A DNA stretch of 54,465 bases from Fibrobacterota bacterium (GCA_043753995.1 JAYUVP010000210.1:1-54465), one strand, 5' to 3'. Shown: positions 27,677 to 37,243, counted from the stretch's first letter. Translations and numbers: made by a program. The notes: generated from the sequence alone by a model not told the origin.

Positions 27677-28463
27677 GGGCCTGCGTGGTGTAAGTGTTGT
27701 AACCCAAAGGCAATAATTGACCAGACACTTCGCGAATCATGTCCGGATTGCCGCAAAGAAAAACCGAAGTTTTTTCGGGATTGAGTGCGATTCCGTATTG
27801 GGTTTCGAGATGCTGGGCGTCAAATAATTTGGTAATGCGGCCGGTGGCGCCAGTCCACCAGGTATCGAGATGCGGACGGCTGACGGCGGGCACATAGGTC
27901 ACATGCGGCAATAACTCTGCATAGGTCGACAGTTCTTGGCGATATCCTAATTCCCAGCCCTTGGGTGCGCCTTGAAGGATGAGAAAGCGAAAAGGGTAGG
28001 GTTGGCGTTTATGCTGCCGCATCATGGAAACATAAGGTGCGAGTCCGGTGCCGGTGGCGGCCAAAATCACAGTCTCATGGGTGCTAGGCACGGTGTCCAA
28101 GGTGAAATGGCCGCGAATTTTCTCTCCCAATTGCAAGCGATCGCCGGGCTCTATGGAGACCAAGCGAGGGGTGAGGGCGCCATTAGAGACAACCGAGATA
28201 TAAAATTCCAATTCATCGGTTTCATAACCGGCTGAGGCAATAGAATAGGCACGCAAAACCATGCGATCCGGCTTGCTCTCCTTGAATTCGGGCTCGCTGC
28301 CGTCGCGACGAGGAATATTCGAGCTTAATCCTAGGAGCACGTATTGCCCTGAGGTGAAGGGCGCTACAGATTTGTCAGGCTTGACCTTGATAATGAAAAG
28401 GTCGCGGGTGAGTGTCGCCTTGGCGACTACCGTTGCATTGTATTTGTCCGCCATCGGATCCAT
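27645..28463 (-). CDS. fpr: Ferredoxin--NADP+ reductase (bacterial FPR type)
   Basis: FTSGQY, RAYSIAS, GALTPRL, ATGTGLAPY, FLCGNPDM, C-terminal EEYW. Alternative start at 28454. Confidence 0.92.
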   Translation of the reverse strand: MDPMADKYNATVVAKATLTRDLFIIKVKPDKSVAPFTSGQYVLLGLSSNIPRRDGSEPEFKESKPDRMVLRAYSIASAGYETDELEFYISVVSNGALTPRLVSIEPGDRLQLGEKIRGHFTLDTVPSTHETVILAATGTGLAPYVSMMRQHKRQPYPFRFLILQGAPKGWELGYRQELSTYAELLPHVTYVPAVSRPHLDTWWTGATGRITKLFDAQHLETQYGIALNPEKTSVFLCGNPDMIREVSGQLLPLGYNTYTTQAHGSLHIEEYW

Positions 28464-28528
28464 GCATTCCCCTTTTTTTAAAAGGTATTAAGGACATGGG
28501 CAAGCCAGAATAAAGTCATTTTTCCACC

Positions 28529-28879
28529 ATGGCCTATGACCTCTATGTTTTGAATCAACGCCTTCCGCGATTTCCTTTGCGCGAGGGTTATGCCGATGCT
28601 CATGCCATGCGCGCCGCCGTCGATGCTGCCTTTCAGGCTTGGTTGACCGAGGCCATTATCGGGAATTTGCAAAGGCGCCGGGCTTGTTCGCAAGTGCATG
28701 ACTTCGCCGGATGGATGGAGACCAAATTGCTTTGCCTCGAAGTCGTCACCAAGGTGGAATATGCGCGTTATCTGGAAGAGATAGGAGAGGGAGCCCTTTG
28801 CGACTTCACTGCTTTTCTTGGTTTCGCCCGCCGCCGATTGCCAGATTTGCACTGGGGAGAAATCCAATCCCAACCCTGA
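28529..28879 (+). CDS. Hypothetical helical protein (116 aa)
   Basis: Fills the fpr-pyrF gap with an ATG start and protein-like composition. Confidence 0.6.
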   Translation: MAYDLYVLNQRLPRFPLREGYADAHAMRAAVDAAFQAWLTEAIIGNLQRRRACSQVHDFAGWMETKLLCLEVVTKVEYARYLEEIGEGALCDFTAFLGFARRRLPDLHWGEIQSQP

Positions 28880-28961
28880 AGGATCGGAAGCCCAAAGAAA
28901 GCCTTATAGCCTGAAAGGCTTTGCCGGGTCTGCTACCTTTGGATTTTTCCTAGAGGCCCGT

Positions 28962-29855
28962 ATGACTTATCTAGAACGCCTTTTTCTTCGCACCAGCACC
29001 GTGGGTCATGCCGTTTGCGTGGGCATGGATCCCGTCCCCCGCAAAATTCCCGGGGACGGCCCCATAGCGGCGCGCATAGAGCGCTTTTATCTCGATATGC
29101 TTGAAGCCATGGATGTCGCCGGCGTGCATCCCGCCGCCGTGAAGCCCAATATCGCCTATTTCGAGGCCCATGGCCTCGATTGCCTACATGCCCTGATGCG
29201 CCTGATTACCGAATGCCAGGAGCGCGGCATCCTTGTCATTCTCGATGCCAAGCGCGGCGATATCAGTTCGACTTCGGAGGCCTATGCCCGGGCAGCATTC
29301 GAGGTTTATGGCGCTGATGCCGTGACGGTGGCGCCCTATATGGGCTGGGATACCATCAAGCCTTTTCTCGACGTGTCGCAAGGCCAGGGGATTTATGTCT
29401 TGGTGCGCACTTCGAATGCCAGTGCCCGCGACTTTCAGGAGCTGTGGGTTTCGAATGGTGAGCAAGCGCCTGAGCGGCTTTATCGGCGGGTAGCGGCCAA
29501 GGTGGCAGAATGGAATAACGGGAATTTAGGCGCCGTGGTTGGGGCCACGGCTCCCAAGGAGCTGGAAGAATTGCTCAGCTTTTGGAAGGAACAGAATCAG
29601 GACATGCCCTTGCTTATTCCTGGCGTCGCCGTGGCAGGAGTTTCGGGCGGCCAGGGTGGAGATTGCCGTGAAGTCTTGCATGCGGTGAAACGCGCGCAAA
29701 GCCATTGGGGGTGGCATCTCATCAATAGCAGTTCAGGCATTAATTATGCCTACGAAAAACATCGGAACCTAAAGCCTGCCGAGGCCTCTGTTTTGGCATT
29801 GAAAGAATTAATCGAAGAATTACAGACCGTGCAAAAGGAATTATGGCCCGTTTGA
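28962..29855 (+). CDS. pyrF: Orotidine-5'-phosphate decarboxylase (type 2)
   Basis: CVGMDP, KPNIAYFE, DAKRGDI, VAPYMG, RTSN, GAVVGAT, LLIPG. Start ATG 28962 after GAGG. Confidence 0.93.
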   Translation: MTYLERLFLRTSTVGHAVCVGMDPVPRKIPGDGPIAARIERFYLDMLEAMDVAGVHPAAVKPNIAYFEAHGLDCLHALMRLITECQERGILVILDAKRGDISSTSEAYARAAFEVYGADAVTVAPYMGWDTIKPFLDVSQGQGIYVLVRTSNASARDFQELWVSNGEQAPERLYRRVAAKVAEWNNGNLGAVVGATAPKELEELLSFWKEQNQDMPLLIPGVAVAGVSGGQGGDCREVLHAVKRAQSHWGWHLINSSSGINYAYEKHRNLKPAEASVLALKELIEELQTVQKELWPV

Positions 29856-29891
29856 ATGGTGACGGAATTGGGCGCTAGTGAATCATCGGAA

Positions 29892-30374
29892 TCAGCGACG
29901 GCCTTCGACGGCGTCTCCCAAACCCTCGGATAATTCCGGCGTCGCGGAAGGCTGTGCATCTGACTTCCAGGTGGGGAAGAGGGCTATCAAGTCTTGAGGG
30001 GGCCGTACCGCCTTGCCGTCCTCTCGCATAAAAGCATGTAAGGTGCGGCCGGTGGTCAGCAAATCGTTTTCGCGAAAGATTTGGTAATCGAATCGGATGC
30101 GTGCACTTCCCTGTCGCCAGCGCCGGGTTTCTAGGCGCAAAGTATCCCCATAGCGGGCGGGCTTTTGATATTGGCATTGGGCTTCGAGTACGGGAATGTA
30201 TAGGCCCTTGGCTTCCATTTCGGCATAAGGATGCCCGAGTTCGGCCAAAGCCGTGGTGCGGGCGACCTCGAAATAGACCAGATAATTGGCGTAATAAACC
30301 ATGCGCATGGCATCGGTCTCGGCATAGCGCACGACCAAGGTCATGTGAGAGATATTCTCGAGAGTGGATGCCAT
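29892..30374 (-). CDS. YbgC/FadM-family acyl-CoA thioesterase
   Basis: VRYAETDAM..VYYANYLVYFEVART, YQKPARYGD hot-dog-fold signature. Confidence 0.9.
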   Translation of the reverse strand: MASTLENISHMTLVVRYAETDAMRMVYYANYLVYFEVARTTALAELGHPYAEMEAKGLYIPVLEAQCQYQKPARYGDTLRLETRRWRQGSARIRFDYQIFRENDLLTTGRTLHAFMREDGKAVRPPQDLIALFPTWKSDAQPSATPELSEGLGDAVEGRR

Positions 30375-30375
30375 T

Positions 30376-31800
30376 CTAGGCCGCTGCCGCCAAACCCGTT
30401 TCGGCGCTGATCGGAGCGGAAGCTGCGGTTTTGGGCAAGCGGTTGACGGTGCGCAAGGCCCATATTGCGGCTAGGATGCCCGTGCAAATGGCAGCTAGGG
30501 GAGGGCCATAATGCAAGCCATATTCACCGTGCCAATGGCTAAGCAAAAGCGCAGCGGGCATGCTGAGGACTACGAGTCGCAGCAAGGTGATGCTCAAATA
30601 GGGGAGGCCCCGGCCCAAGCCTTGAAAAGCGCCTGAAGCCACCACGCCCATGCCGACAAAGCCATAGCCCAAGGTCAAGGCCGACAGAAAATGCAGGGCG
30701 GAGGGCAAGGTGGCGACATTGGGTTTGAAAAAACCCACTAGGCCTTGGCGAAAGAAAAAAACCAAGAGACCAACCGTGGCTAAAAATCCAAAAGCCGTAA
30801 TCAATCCAATGCGCACGGATTCTTGAACGCGCTCGATTTTGCCGGCGCCATAATTTTGTCCAACCAAGCTAACCACGGCCACCATGACCGAAAGTGCTGG
30901 AAAAACCGAGAGAATATCCAGGCGCGAGGCTATGCCCACGGCGGCGACAGCAGCTTCGCCATAGGGCTTGGCCAAATGCGTCATGACGCCGAGATTTAAA
31001 CCAATCAAGGTTTGTGATAAAATGGATGGAAAGGCCACGCGCAGGCTGTCTTTAAAGCCTGCCAAATCGCGATAATTTGCCTTGATTTTCAGTCGCAATT
31101 GGGTTTTGCCACGCAAATAATGGGCAAGAATCATGAGGCAGGATAAAATCGCCGATCCCGTTGTCGCTAGCCCCGCTCCCATGACCGAAAGGCCGAGCCC
31201 ATGCAATTTCCAGCCGGCCACAGTAAAATCGCTGTAGATAATGAAAGGCGCCGCGAGGATATTGACCAAAGTCCCCACCATCATGGCATTCATCAGAGTA
31301 CGGGTATTGCCTTCGGCGCGAAGGCTCGACCCCAGCAAGGTGGCGACGACGGTGAAAGGCAAACCTAAAAAGAGGGTGTTTAAATAATTCCGGGTAAGTT
31401 GGGCTGCTTCGGGGCTGGCGCCTTGCATGCGTAGATAGGCGGGTAGAATCCAGGGGTAAATCAGCATGAAAGCAGCAAAGGCGGCGAGGCAAAATCCAAT
31501 AGCTTGCGACAAGGTATTTTCGGCTTCGCTTTCACGCTTTGCGCCGATGGCGCGGGCAAGATTGGACGAAAGGCCCGAGCCTATGCCATTCAAAAGCGCA
31601 AAGAACATGTAAAAGAAAGGGAAGCCATAATTCAAAACAGCCAAGCTTTCCTGGGTGCCCAGGCGACCCGCATAAATTCCGTCGATGATATTCACCACCA
31701 TGTGGGCCGTCATGCCTATCATCATGGGTATGGACATGCGCAACAGATGTTTGAAAATGGGGCCTTCGGTCAGATTGGCCTTACGGCGAGTTGCGCTCAT
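30376..31800 (-). CDS. MATE-family efflux transporter
   Basis: LTEGPI, multiple TM helices, LRAEGNTR, GAGLAT, GQNYGA, FQGLGRG. Confidence 0.92.
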   Translation of the reverse strand: MSATRRKANLTEGPIFKHLLRMSIPMMIGMTAHMVVNIIDGIYAGRLGTQESLAVLNYGFPFFYMFFALLNGIGSGLSSNLARAIGAKRESEAENTLSQAIGFCLAAFAAFMLIYPWILPAYLRMQGASPEAAQLTRNYLNTLFLGLPFTVVATLLGSSLRAEGNTRTLMNAMMVGTLVNILAAPFIIYSDFTVAGWKLHGLGLSVMGAGLATTGSAILSCLMILAHYLRGKTQLRLKIKANYRDLAGFKDSLRVAFPSILSQTLIGLNLGVMTHLAKPYGEAAVAAVGIASRLDILSVFPALSVMVAVVSLVGQNYGAGKIERVQESVRIGLITAFGFLATVGLLVFFFRQGLVGFFKPNVATLPSALHFLSALTLGYGFVGMGVVASGAFQGLGRGLPYLSITLLRLVVLSMPAALLLSHWHGEYGLHYGPPLAAICTGILAAIWALRTVNRLPKTAASAPISAETGLAAAA

Positions 31801-31842
31801 AGACGGGGGCAAGATAGAAAGCTGGGTGAGTATCTTTCGCGC

Positions 31843-32577
31843 GTGTCCATGGTAATGAAAAGCCTGCTTTACCTGCCCCTGGCCTTGTGGCCTGGGGTTT
31901 TTGTGTTTTTCACGGGTTGCGAAAAGATCAGCGAAGAGGCCAAGGCGGGGGGACCGGCGGTGGAATATCCGCTAGCCCTCTATGACGATAGCACCACCTT
32001 GACCATGCACGAAGGTTCCAAGCTTTCTTGGGTATTGCGCACGAAACGCCTAGTGAAGCACAATCGCAGCGATCGCATCGACGCTAAGCCCGTGGATTTA
32101 AGGGTTTTTGACAGCACTAAGGCGCAAGTCGTGCGCGTGACCTCGGATTCCGGGACGGTCGATGAGGCGGTCACCTTTTTGGCCGCGACTGGGCATGTGC
32201 ATGGGCGATCCCATAAGGGCCTTGATATCACGGCGGATTCTCTGCGTTGGAATAAAGCCGAAAATCGGGTATCGACGGAATCTCGGGTCAAGGTGATTTC
32301 CGAAGAAGGCGATACCCTGCGAGGGCGTGGTTTTGTTTCTGACGCCAATCTCGACAATTGGCAAATACTCGCCGATGTTCAAGGCGTCTTCCAAAAAGTG
32401 GAAGAGCGCGTCGAAGATGCGGAGAAAGACACTTCTGGCCAAGCACCCGTCGATTCGATTCCCGCTGCGGCCACGGTGCCGCCTGAATCGGCGGTCAAAT
32501 CCGATAGCAATTCCAGTAAAACCGTACCGCCTGCAGGCGCAGATTCCCTCTCGAGTGGCATCGAGGTGAAGCCTTGA
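31843..32577 (+). CDS. lptC: LPS export protein LptC (lipoprotein-like)
   Basis: Hydrophobic segment ending FFTGC; jellyroll-like motifs (ADSLRWN, TESRVKVI, LRGRGF); directly upstream of lptA and lptB. Start GTG 31843, or ATG 31849/31855. Confidence 0.8.
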   Translation: MSMVMKSLLYLPLALWPGVFVFFTGCEKISEEAKAGGPAVEYPLALYDDSTTLTMHEGSKLSWVLRTKRLVKHNRSDRIDAKPVDLRVFDSTKAQVVRVTSDSGTVDEAVTFLAATGHVHGRSHKGLDITADSLRWNKAENRVSTESRVKVISEEGDTLRGRGFVSDANLDNWQILADVQGVFQKVEERVEDAEKDTSGQAPVDSIPAAATVPPESAVKSDSNSSKTVPPAGADSLSSGIEVKP

Positions 32578-34049
32578 GGCTTTGGAAGCTCGGGTTTTTA
32601 GTCCTGGGATCCTGGGGCGCATTGGGGCTTCTTATGGGCTGCTCAGGACCCAAGCCAAAGCAGACCCATGTGATTCATGTGCCTCTCATCGAATCGCCAA
32701 AGCCTGATTCCTCGACTCCACCGCAAATGGCTCTGGCTTTAAGCAAAAAGGATTCGGCGGCAAAAGCTTTGAAATTCAAGTCTTGGGTGGATTCGGCTAA
32801 GTCCGCCAAATCGGATCCTGCGACGGAAGCCCAGGTCTCAGCTAAATCGCCGACCGCGACGGTGCGTCGCAGCGAGAGCAAGAATGAGGCTCCCAAAAAC
32901 ACCGAGCCCCTCATCATGGAAAATGCTGACAAATTGGAAGGCTTTCGCTCTAAGGGGGAATATATCCTCACGGGTCGTGTGCGATTTCGCCATGGACAAT
33001 TACGCTTCGAAACCGAACGCGCGGTCTGGTCAAGAGAATTAAATCAAGTCACCTGCGAAGCTGGCATGCGTATCACCCAACGCGGCGCTGAGCTCATCGC
33101 CGATCGCGGGACCTATAGCAAGGCCCGCAATGAGGCCGAAGCGGAAGGCCATGTGCAATTGCGTGATAGCACGGGAGATTTACGTGGACAGGGCGGGCGA
33201 TTGACCTATCATCGCCTGACTCATGACGTGGTTTTCTGGGGAGTGCCTGAATTACGCCGCTTTTATCGTGACACATTGGCGTCAGGTGAGGCCAAAATGG
33301 ATTCTACGGGAAAAAAGGAGCTGGGTAAAATCAATGATACCCTGACCTTGAAAGCCTTGCGCCTGACTTACAATGATTCGACCCTCATAGCCGTGGCCGA
33401 ATCGAGCGTGGTCATCACCAAGAAAAAAACCATTATCACCTGCGCCCGTGCGGAATATCGTGATAAGGCTGATTCGCTATTTCTAACCGGCGATCCCAAG
33501 GTGGCGGTGGATCGCAGCAAAATTCTCGGGGATAAAATGCGGATGCGAGTATTAGACGAGGAAATTCGCGGACTCTTGGTTCAAGGCGGAGCCCAAGCCA
33601 TTAGCCTCGATCCCAAAACCGACAGTACGCCCGAAAGGCAAAGCGAAATTCGCGGTGATTCCTTGCTTTTGGCCTTTACCGGCAAATACATCGACAGCGC
33701 TCAGGTTTTTCGTGACGCCGACGGTCTTTATTTCGATACCGACCGGCCCAAGTTACGCAATCATATGCGTGGCAAGCATATGGTAATGCGTTTCAAGAAT
33801 CGTGAAGTGCATACAGCTCAGGTGGTGGGTGGAGCGCACAGTACCTATTATCATCTGGAAAACGGACATTTGAGAGGGCGCAATGTGGCTCAAGGGGACA
33901 GCATTCGTTTCGCCTTCGCCGATGGTAAAATCGACGAGGTATTGGTGACCGGCCAAGCGCATGGCACCTATTTCGGAAAGCAGTCTGCCAAGCGTGATAC
34001 CTCGGGCACGGCGGCGGACAGCATCAAGCAGGAAGGTCGGAGCAAGTGA
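32574..34049 (+). CDS. lptA: Long OstA/LptA-family protein (lipoprotein-like)
   Basis: TTG start overlapping the lptC stop, LLMGC lipobox, repeated OstA-like strands (LTGRVRFRHG, LIADRGTY, LFLTGDPKV); between lptC and lptB. Confidence 0.75.
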   Translation: MRLWKLGFLVLGSWGALGLLMGCSGPKPKQTHVIHVPLIESPKPDSSTPPQMALALSKKDSAAKALKFKSWVDSAKSAKSDPATEAQVSAKSPTATVRRSESKNEAPKNTEPLIMENADKLEGFRSKGEYILTGRVRFRHGQLRFETERAVWSRELNQVTCEAGMRITQRGAELIADRGTYSKARNEAEAEGHVQLRDSTGDLRGQGGRLTYHRLTHDVVFWGVPELRRFYRDTLASGEAKMDSTGKKELGKINDTLTLKALRLTYNDSTLIAVAESSVVITKKKTIITCARAEYRDKADSLFLTGDPKVAVDRSKILGDKMRMRVLDEEIRGLLVQGGAQAISLDPKTDSTPERQSEIRGDSLLLAFTGKYIDSAQVFRDADGLYFDTDRPKLRNHMRGKHMVMRFKNREVHTAQVVGGAHSTYYHLENGHLRGRNVAQGDSIRFAFADGKIDEVLVTGQAHGTYFGKQSAKRDTSGTAADSIKQEGRSK

Positions 34050-34768
34050 GCATTCAGGCAACCTCCCTGGTCAAGGTTTATGGTGGAAGACGAGTGGTCG
34101 ATGGCGTCACCTTCCATGTGAATAAAGGTGAAGTGGTCGGCCTGCTCGGGCCTAATGGCGCGGGCAAGACCACCTCCTTTTACATGATTACGGGCATGAT
34201 TCGAGCGCAATCGGGCCAAGTGCTAATCAATGATCGCGAAGTCAATCATATGCCCATGTATCAGCGTGCCCGCTTGGGGCTAGGCTATTTGCCGCAAGAA
34301 ACCTCGGTATTCCGAAAAATGTCGGTCGAGGAAAATTTGTTGGCGATATTGGAAACGCGCAAGCTCAGCCGCAAGGAGCGCAAGGAAGAGGCTGCTCGCT
34401 TGATGGAAGAATTCAAAATCGCCCATTTGCGGAAATCCAAAGCCAATACCTTGAGTGGCGGCGAGCGCCGCCGCCTGGAAATTGCGCGGGCGCTGACCAC
34501 CAAGCCCGATTTTCTTCTGCTGGACGAGCCCTTCGCTGGCATAGATCCCATTGCCGTCGAGGATATTCAGTCGGTGATTTTCACTTTGCGGGATCGCGGC
34601 ATGGGCATACTCATCACCGATCACAATGTGCGCGAAACCCTGGCAACCACCAATCGGGCCTATATCATGTTCAGCGGCCGGGTCTTGATCGAAGGTACAG
34701 CCGAACATTTGGCTCAAGATCCTGAAGCCCGGCGCATTTACCTCGGCAAGTCTTTCTCCTTGAGTTAA
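34046..34768 (+). CDS. lptB: LPS export ABC transporter ATPase LptB
   Basis: GLLGPNGAGKTT, YLPQETSVFRK, LSGGERRRLEIARAL, LLDEPFAGIDP, ITDHNVRET. Confidence 0.97.
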   Translation: MSIQATSLVKVYGGRRVVDGVTFHVNKGEVVGLLGPNGAGKTTSFYMITGMIRAQSGQVLINDREVNHMPMYQRARLGLGYLPQETSVFRKMSVEENLLAILETRKLSRKERKEEAARLMEEFKIAHLRKSKANTLSGGERRRLEIARALTTKPDFLLLDEPFAGIDPIAVEDIQSVIFTLRDRGMGILITDHNVRETLATTNRAYIMFSGRVLIEGTAEHLAQDPEARRIYLGKSFSLS

Positions 34769-34808
34769 ACTCTTTGCAATTCATGAAAACCTTTGACCGG
34801 ATACGACC

Positions 34809-36569
34809 ATGAGCTTGGGGCTAGACCTTAGCATGCATGTCGGGCTGGAGCAAAAGCTCTCGCCCCAAATGATTCAATCCCTCAAGCTCCTGCAAATGAA
34901 TTCGCTGGAGCTTGAAATCGTTGTGAAGCAGGAATTAGAGAGCAATCCCATGCTCGAAATCCTTGAAGATGGGGATTCCTCTTCCGAAGGCGATGCGGGC
35001 AATGAGGATCCGGTTTCGCAGGGTGACGAATTGCCCGATGCCAAGGAAACGTCAGGCGAAGAGGGGCAAGCGGATGTCGAAATTCCCGAGCGCATTACTT
35101 CGGGCGATACCGCCGAAGAGGGCTCCAGTCTAGATAAACTCATCCCAGACTCGGGTCCCGAGCAATCCAAGGAAATCGACTGGGAAAGCTATCTCGAAGA
35201 CGGTTTTGACGCCGGAGATCGCCGCACCGAAGAACTCGACAGCCCCGATGAGCGCTTCGAGAAAGTTCCGGTTTATTCCAAAAGCCTACAAGATCATTTG
35301 CTGGCTCAATTGCAAGACCGTCATGTGGGCTCGGCCATAGCGACTCTAGTCGAATACCTGATTCATAGCTTGGACGACCGGGGTTGGCTCACTCCAGAGG
35401 CGAAAATGCCTCCGGCAGAATCGCGGGCGAAATCGGATGAATTCTTCGACGCAGAGCAAGACTTAGTGGACGCCGCCGCGACCGCGGCAAATGACGCCAT
35501 TTTACTAAAGGCGGCGGCCAAGGAAGCAGACGATAAAACAAGTTCGGTTTCGATGCGCCTCACCGGCAAGTCCGGTACCTTTGTCTTGCCCGAATTGCCC
35601 GAGCATGCCGAAATGCAGGCCGTCATTGAAGGCCAGTTGAGTCTTGAATCCGCCACCTTGCCGGTGCGCGAAGCTTTCCATGTTCTGCACAGTCTCGATC
35701 CTGCCGGTATAGGCGCGCGCAATTTGCGCGAATGCTTGCAATTGCAAATCGATCGTTCGGCGGGAATTTCCGATCTCGCCAAGCGCATCGTGCTTGAAGC
35801 TTTTGATTTGCTGGAGCGGCTTAAAATCGGTGCTATCGCGAAGAAATTCGAAGTGCCACCTGAACAAGTGCAAGCCGCCATCCGCGAAATCGGCACCTTG
35901 GAGCCGCACCCTGGGCGACAATTGGCCACTTCGGCCGCCACGCCGGTGATTCCTGATTTGTTGGTCGAAGACATTGAAGGCGAATTGGTTTTGCTCCTCA
36001 ATGACAAGTCCACGCCATCCTTGCGTGTGTCACGCGCCTATGCCGACTTACTCAAGAAGGGCAGTCGCGCCACCGCCGATGAAAAGCGTTATGTGCGGGA
36101 CAAGCTCAATTCGGCGACCTGGCTCATTCGCGCCATTGAGCAGCGCAAAAGCACCATGCTCAAGGTGATGCAAGCCATCATCGACAGCCAACCGGATTTT
36201 TTTCAAAAGAGCCCGGCGCATTTGAAGCCGCTGATTTTGCAGGATGTCGCTGATAAAATCAGCATGCACATTTCCACCGTCAGCCGCGTCACTAATGGCA
36301 AATACGTGCAGACGCCCCATGGCATTTTCGAGCTCAAGTATTTCTTCAGCGCGGGTGTGATGCAAAGCGATGGCAGCGAAGTGTCGTCGGTGGCCGCCAA
36401 GGATGAAATCAAAAAGCTGATCGAATCCGAAGACAGCCACAAGCCACTTTCCGACCAGAAAATCGTGGAAATATTGAAGGACAAAGGAATAGACGTGGCG
36501 CGCCGCACCGTCGCGAAATACCGGGATCAATTGGAAATTTTGCCCGCGCGCCTGCGGAAAAATTATTGA
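34809..36569 (+). CDS. rpoN: RNA polymerase sigma-54 factor
   Basis: LSPQMIQSLKLLQ (region I), DPAGIGARNLRECL, HISTVSR, RpoN box ARRTVAKYR. Confidence 0.97.
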   Translation: MSLGLDLSMHVGLEQKLSPQMIQSLKLLQMNSLELEIVVKQELESNPMLEILEDGDSSSEGDAGNEDPVSQGDELPDAKETSGEEGQADVEIPERITSGDTAEEGSSLDKLIPDSGPEQSKEIDWESYLEDGFDAGDRRTEELDSPDERFEKVPVYSKSLQDHLLAQLQDRHVGSAIATLVEYLIHSLDDRGWLTPEAKMPPAESRAKSDEFFDAEQDLVDAAATAANDAILLKAAAKEADDKTSSVSMRLTGKSGTFVLPELPEHAEMQAVIEGQLSLESATLPVREAFHVLHSLDPAGIGARNLRECLQLQIDRSAGISDLAKRIVLEAFDLLERLKIGAIAKKFEVPPEQVQAAIREIGTLEPHPGRQLATSAATPVIPDLLVEDIEGELVLLLNDKSTPSLRVSRAYADLLKKGSRATADEKRYVRDKLNSATWLIRAIEQRKSTMLKVMQAIIDSQPDFFQKSPAHLKPLILQDVADKISMHISTVSRVTNGKYVQTPHGIFELKYFFSAGVMQSDGSEVSSVAAKDEIKKLIESEDSHKPLSDQKIVEILKDKGIDVARRTVAKYRDQLEILPARLRKNY

Positions 36570-36626
36570 GCTTCGGACCCGGCAGCAAGTCCCGGGCCAA
36601 ACCCTTTTTCTGCACGGTTCCGCTTT

Positions 36627-36657
36627 ATTTCGGCGATGTCGTTTTGCCGAAATTTTT
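36627..36657 (+). terminator. Probable intrinsic terminator after rpoN
   Basis: ATTTCGGCGA / TTGCCGAAAT stem (one G-U pair) running into a T tract. Confidence 0.6.
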
Positions 36658-36690
36658 CATTTTGGGATTTAACAAAATCCGTATATCATC

Positions 36691-36720
36691 TTGACAGAAG
36701 GGGAAACTGGCGCATAAGAT
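36691..36720 (+). promoter_or_regulatory. Sigma70-type promoter upstream of hpf
   Basis: TTGACA (36691-36696), 18 nt, TAAGAT (36715-36720). Confidence 0.6.
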
Positions 36721-36911
36721 GAAGATGTGCACAATGAGGCGCCTCAACAACCCAGAACCACATGATCTCAAAACTCTAGGATGGAAAATTGGATATTGAG
36801 TTTGTGGTGACGGGGGAAGTTCTTCAAGGCAAACAAAGCGCATTCCCTCTTTATATAGATTACCCCTAGAGGCTCAGCCCGAGCAGGGCGACTCAGGAAA
36901 GGAGAAAGACG

Positions 36912-37232
36912 ATGAAGGTCCAGATCACGGCACGGCATTTCCATGCTTCTCCCCAATTGCATGAGAACTTGAAGGAGGCCCTCGACAGGCTGGAGAAGTT
37001 CAACACGACGATTACTGGAGCCCATGTCATTCTCGACGCGCAAAACGATGTCGTACGTCGAGCGGAAATCGTAGTGAAGATTGCTGAGAAGCAAGTGCAT
37101 GCGCATGCCGAAGAGGACAATATGCACAAGGCCATTGACTCCATGCTCGAAAAGCTGGAAAGGCAGTTGAAGAAAGAGAATGAAAAGATGAAAACCCATA
37201 AGGGCGAGCCCATTTACTCGATTGTCAGCTAA
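36912..37232 (+). CDS. hpf: Ribosome hibernation promoting factor (short HPF/RaiA)
   Basis: MKVQITARH...LEKF...MHKAID...KLERQLKK; strong AAAGGAG RBS; downstream of rpoN. Confidence 0.93.
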   Translation: MKVQITARHFHASPQLHENLKEALDRLEKFNTTITGAHVILDAQNDVVRRAEIVVKIAEKQVHAHAEEDNMHKAIDSMLEKLERQLKKENEKMKTHKGEPIYSIVS

Positions 37233-37243
37233 GCTCCGAAACC

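Noticed and set aside
28478..28873. 131-aa minus-strand ORF opposite the 116-aa hypothetical gene
   Set aside because: Less protein-like, and it would run into the fpr RBS region; the plus-strand ORF is preferred but not proven.
35391..35675. Intein in RpoN
   Set aside because: No splice-junction residues, and it is too short and low-complexity.
36708..36722. TGGCGC upstream of hpf as a sigma-54 -24/-12 promoter
   Set aside because: GG-N10 is followed by GA rather than the required GC; a sigma70 reading fits better.
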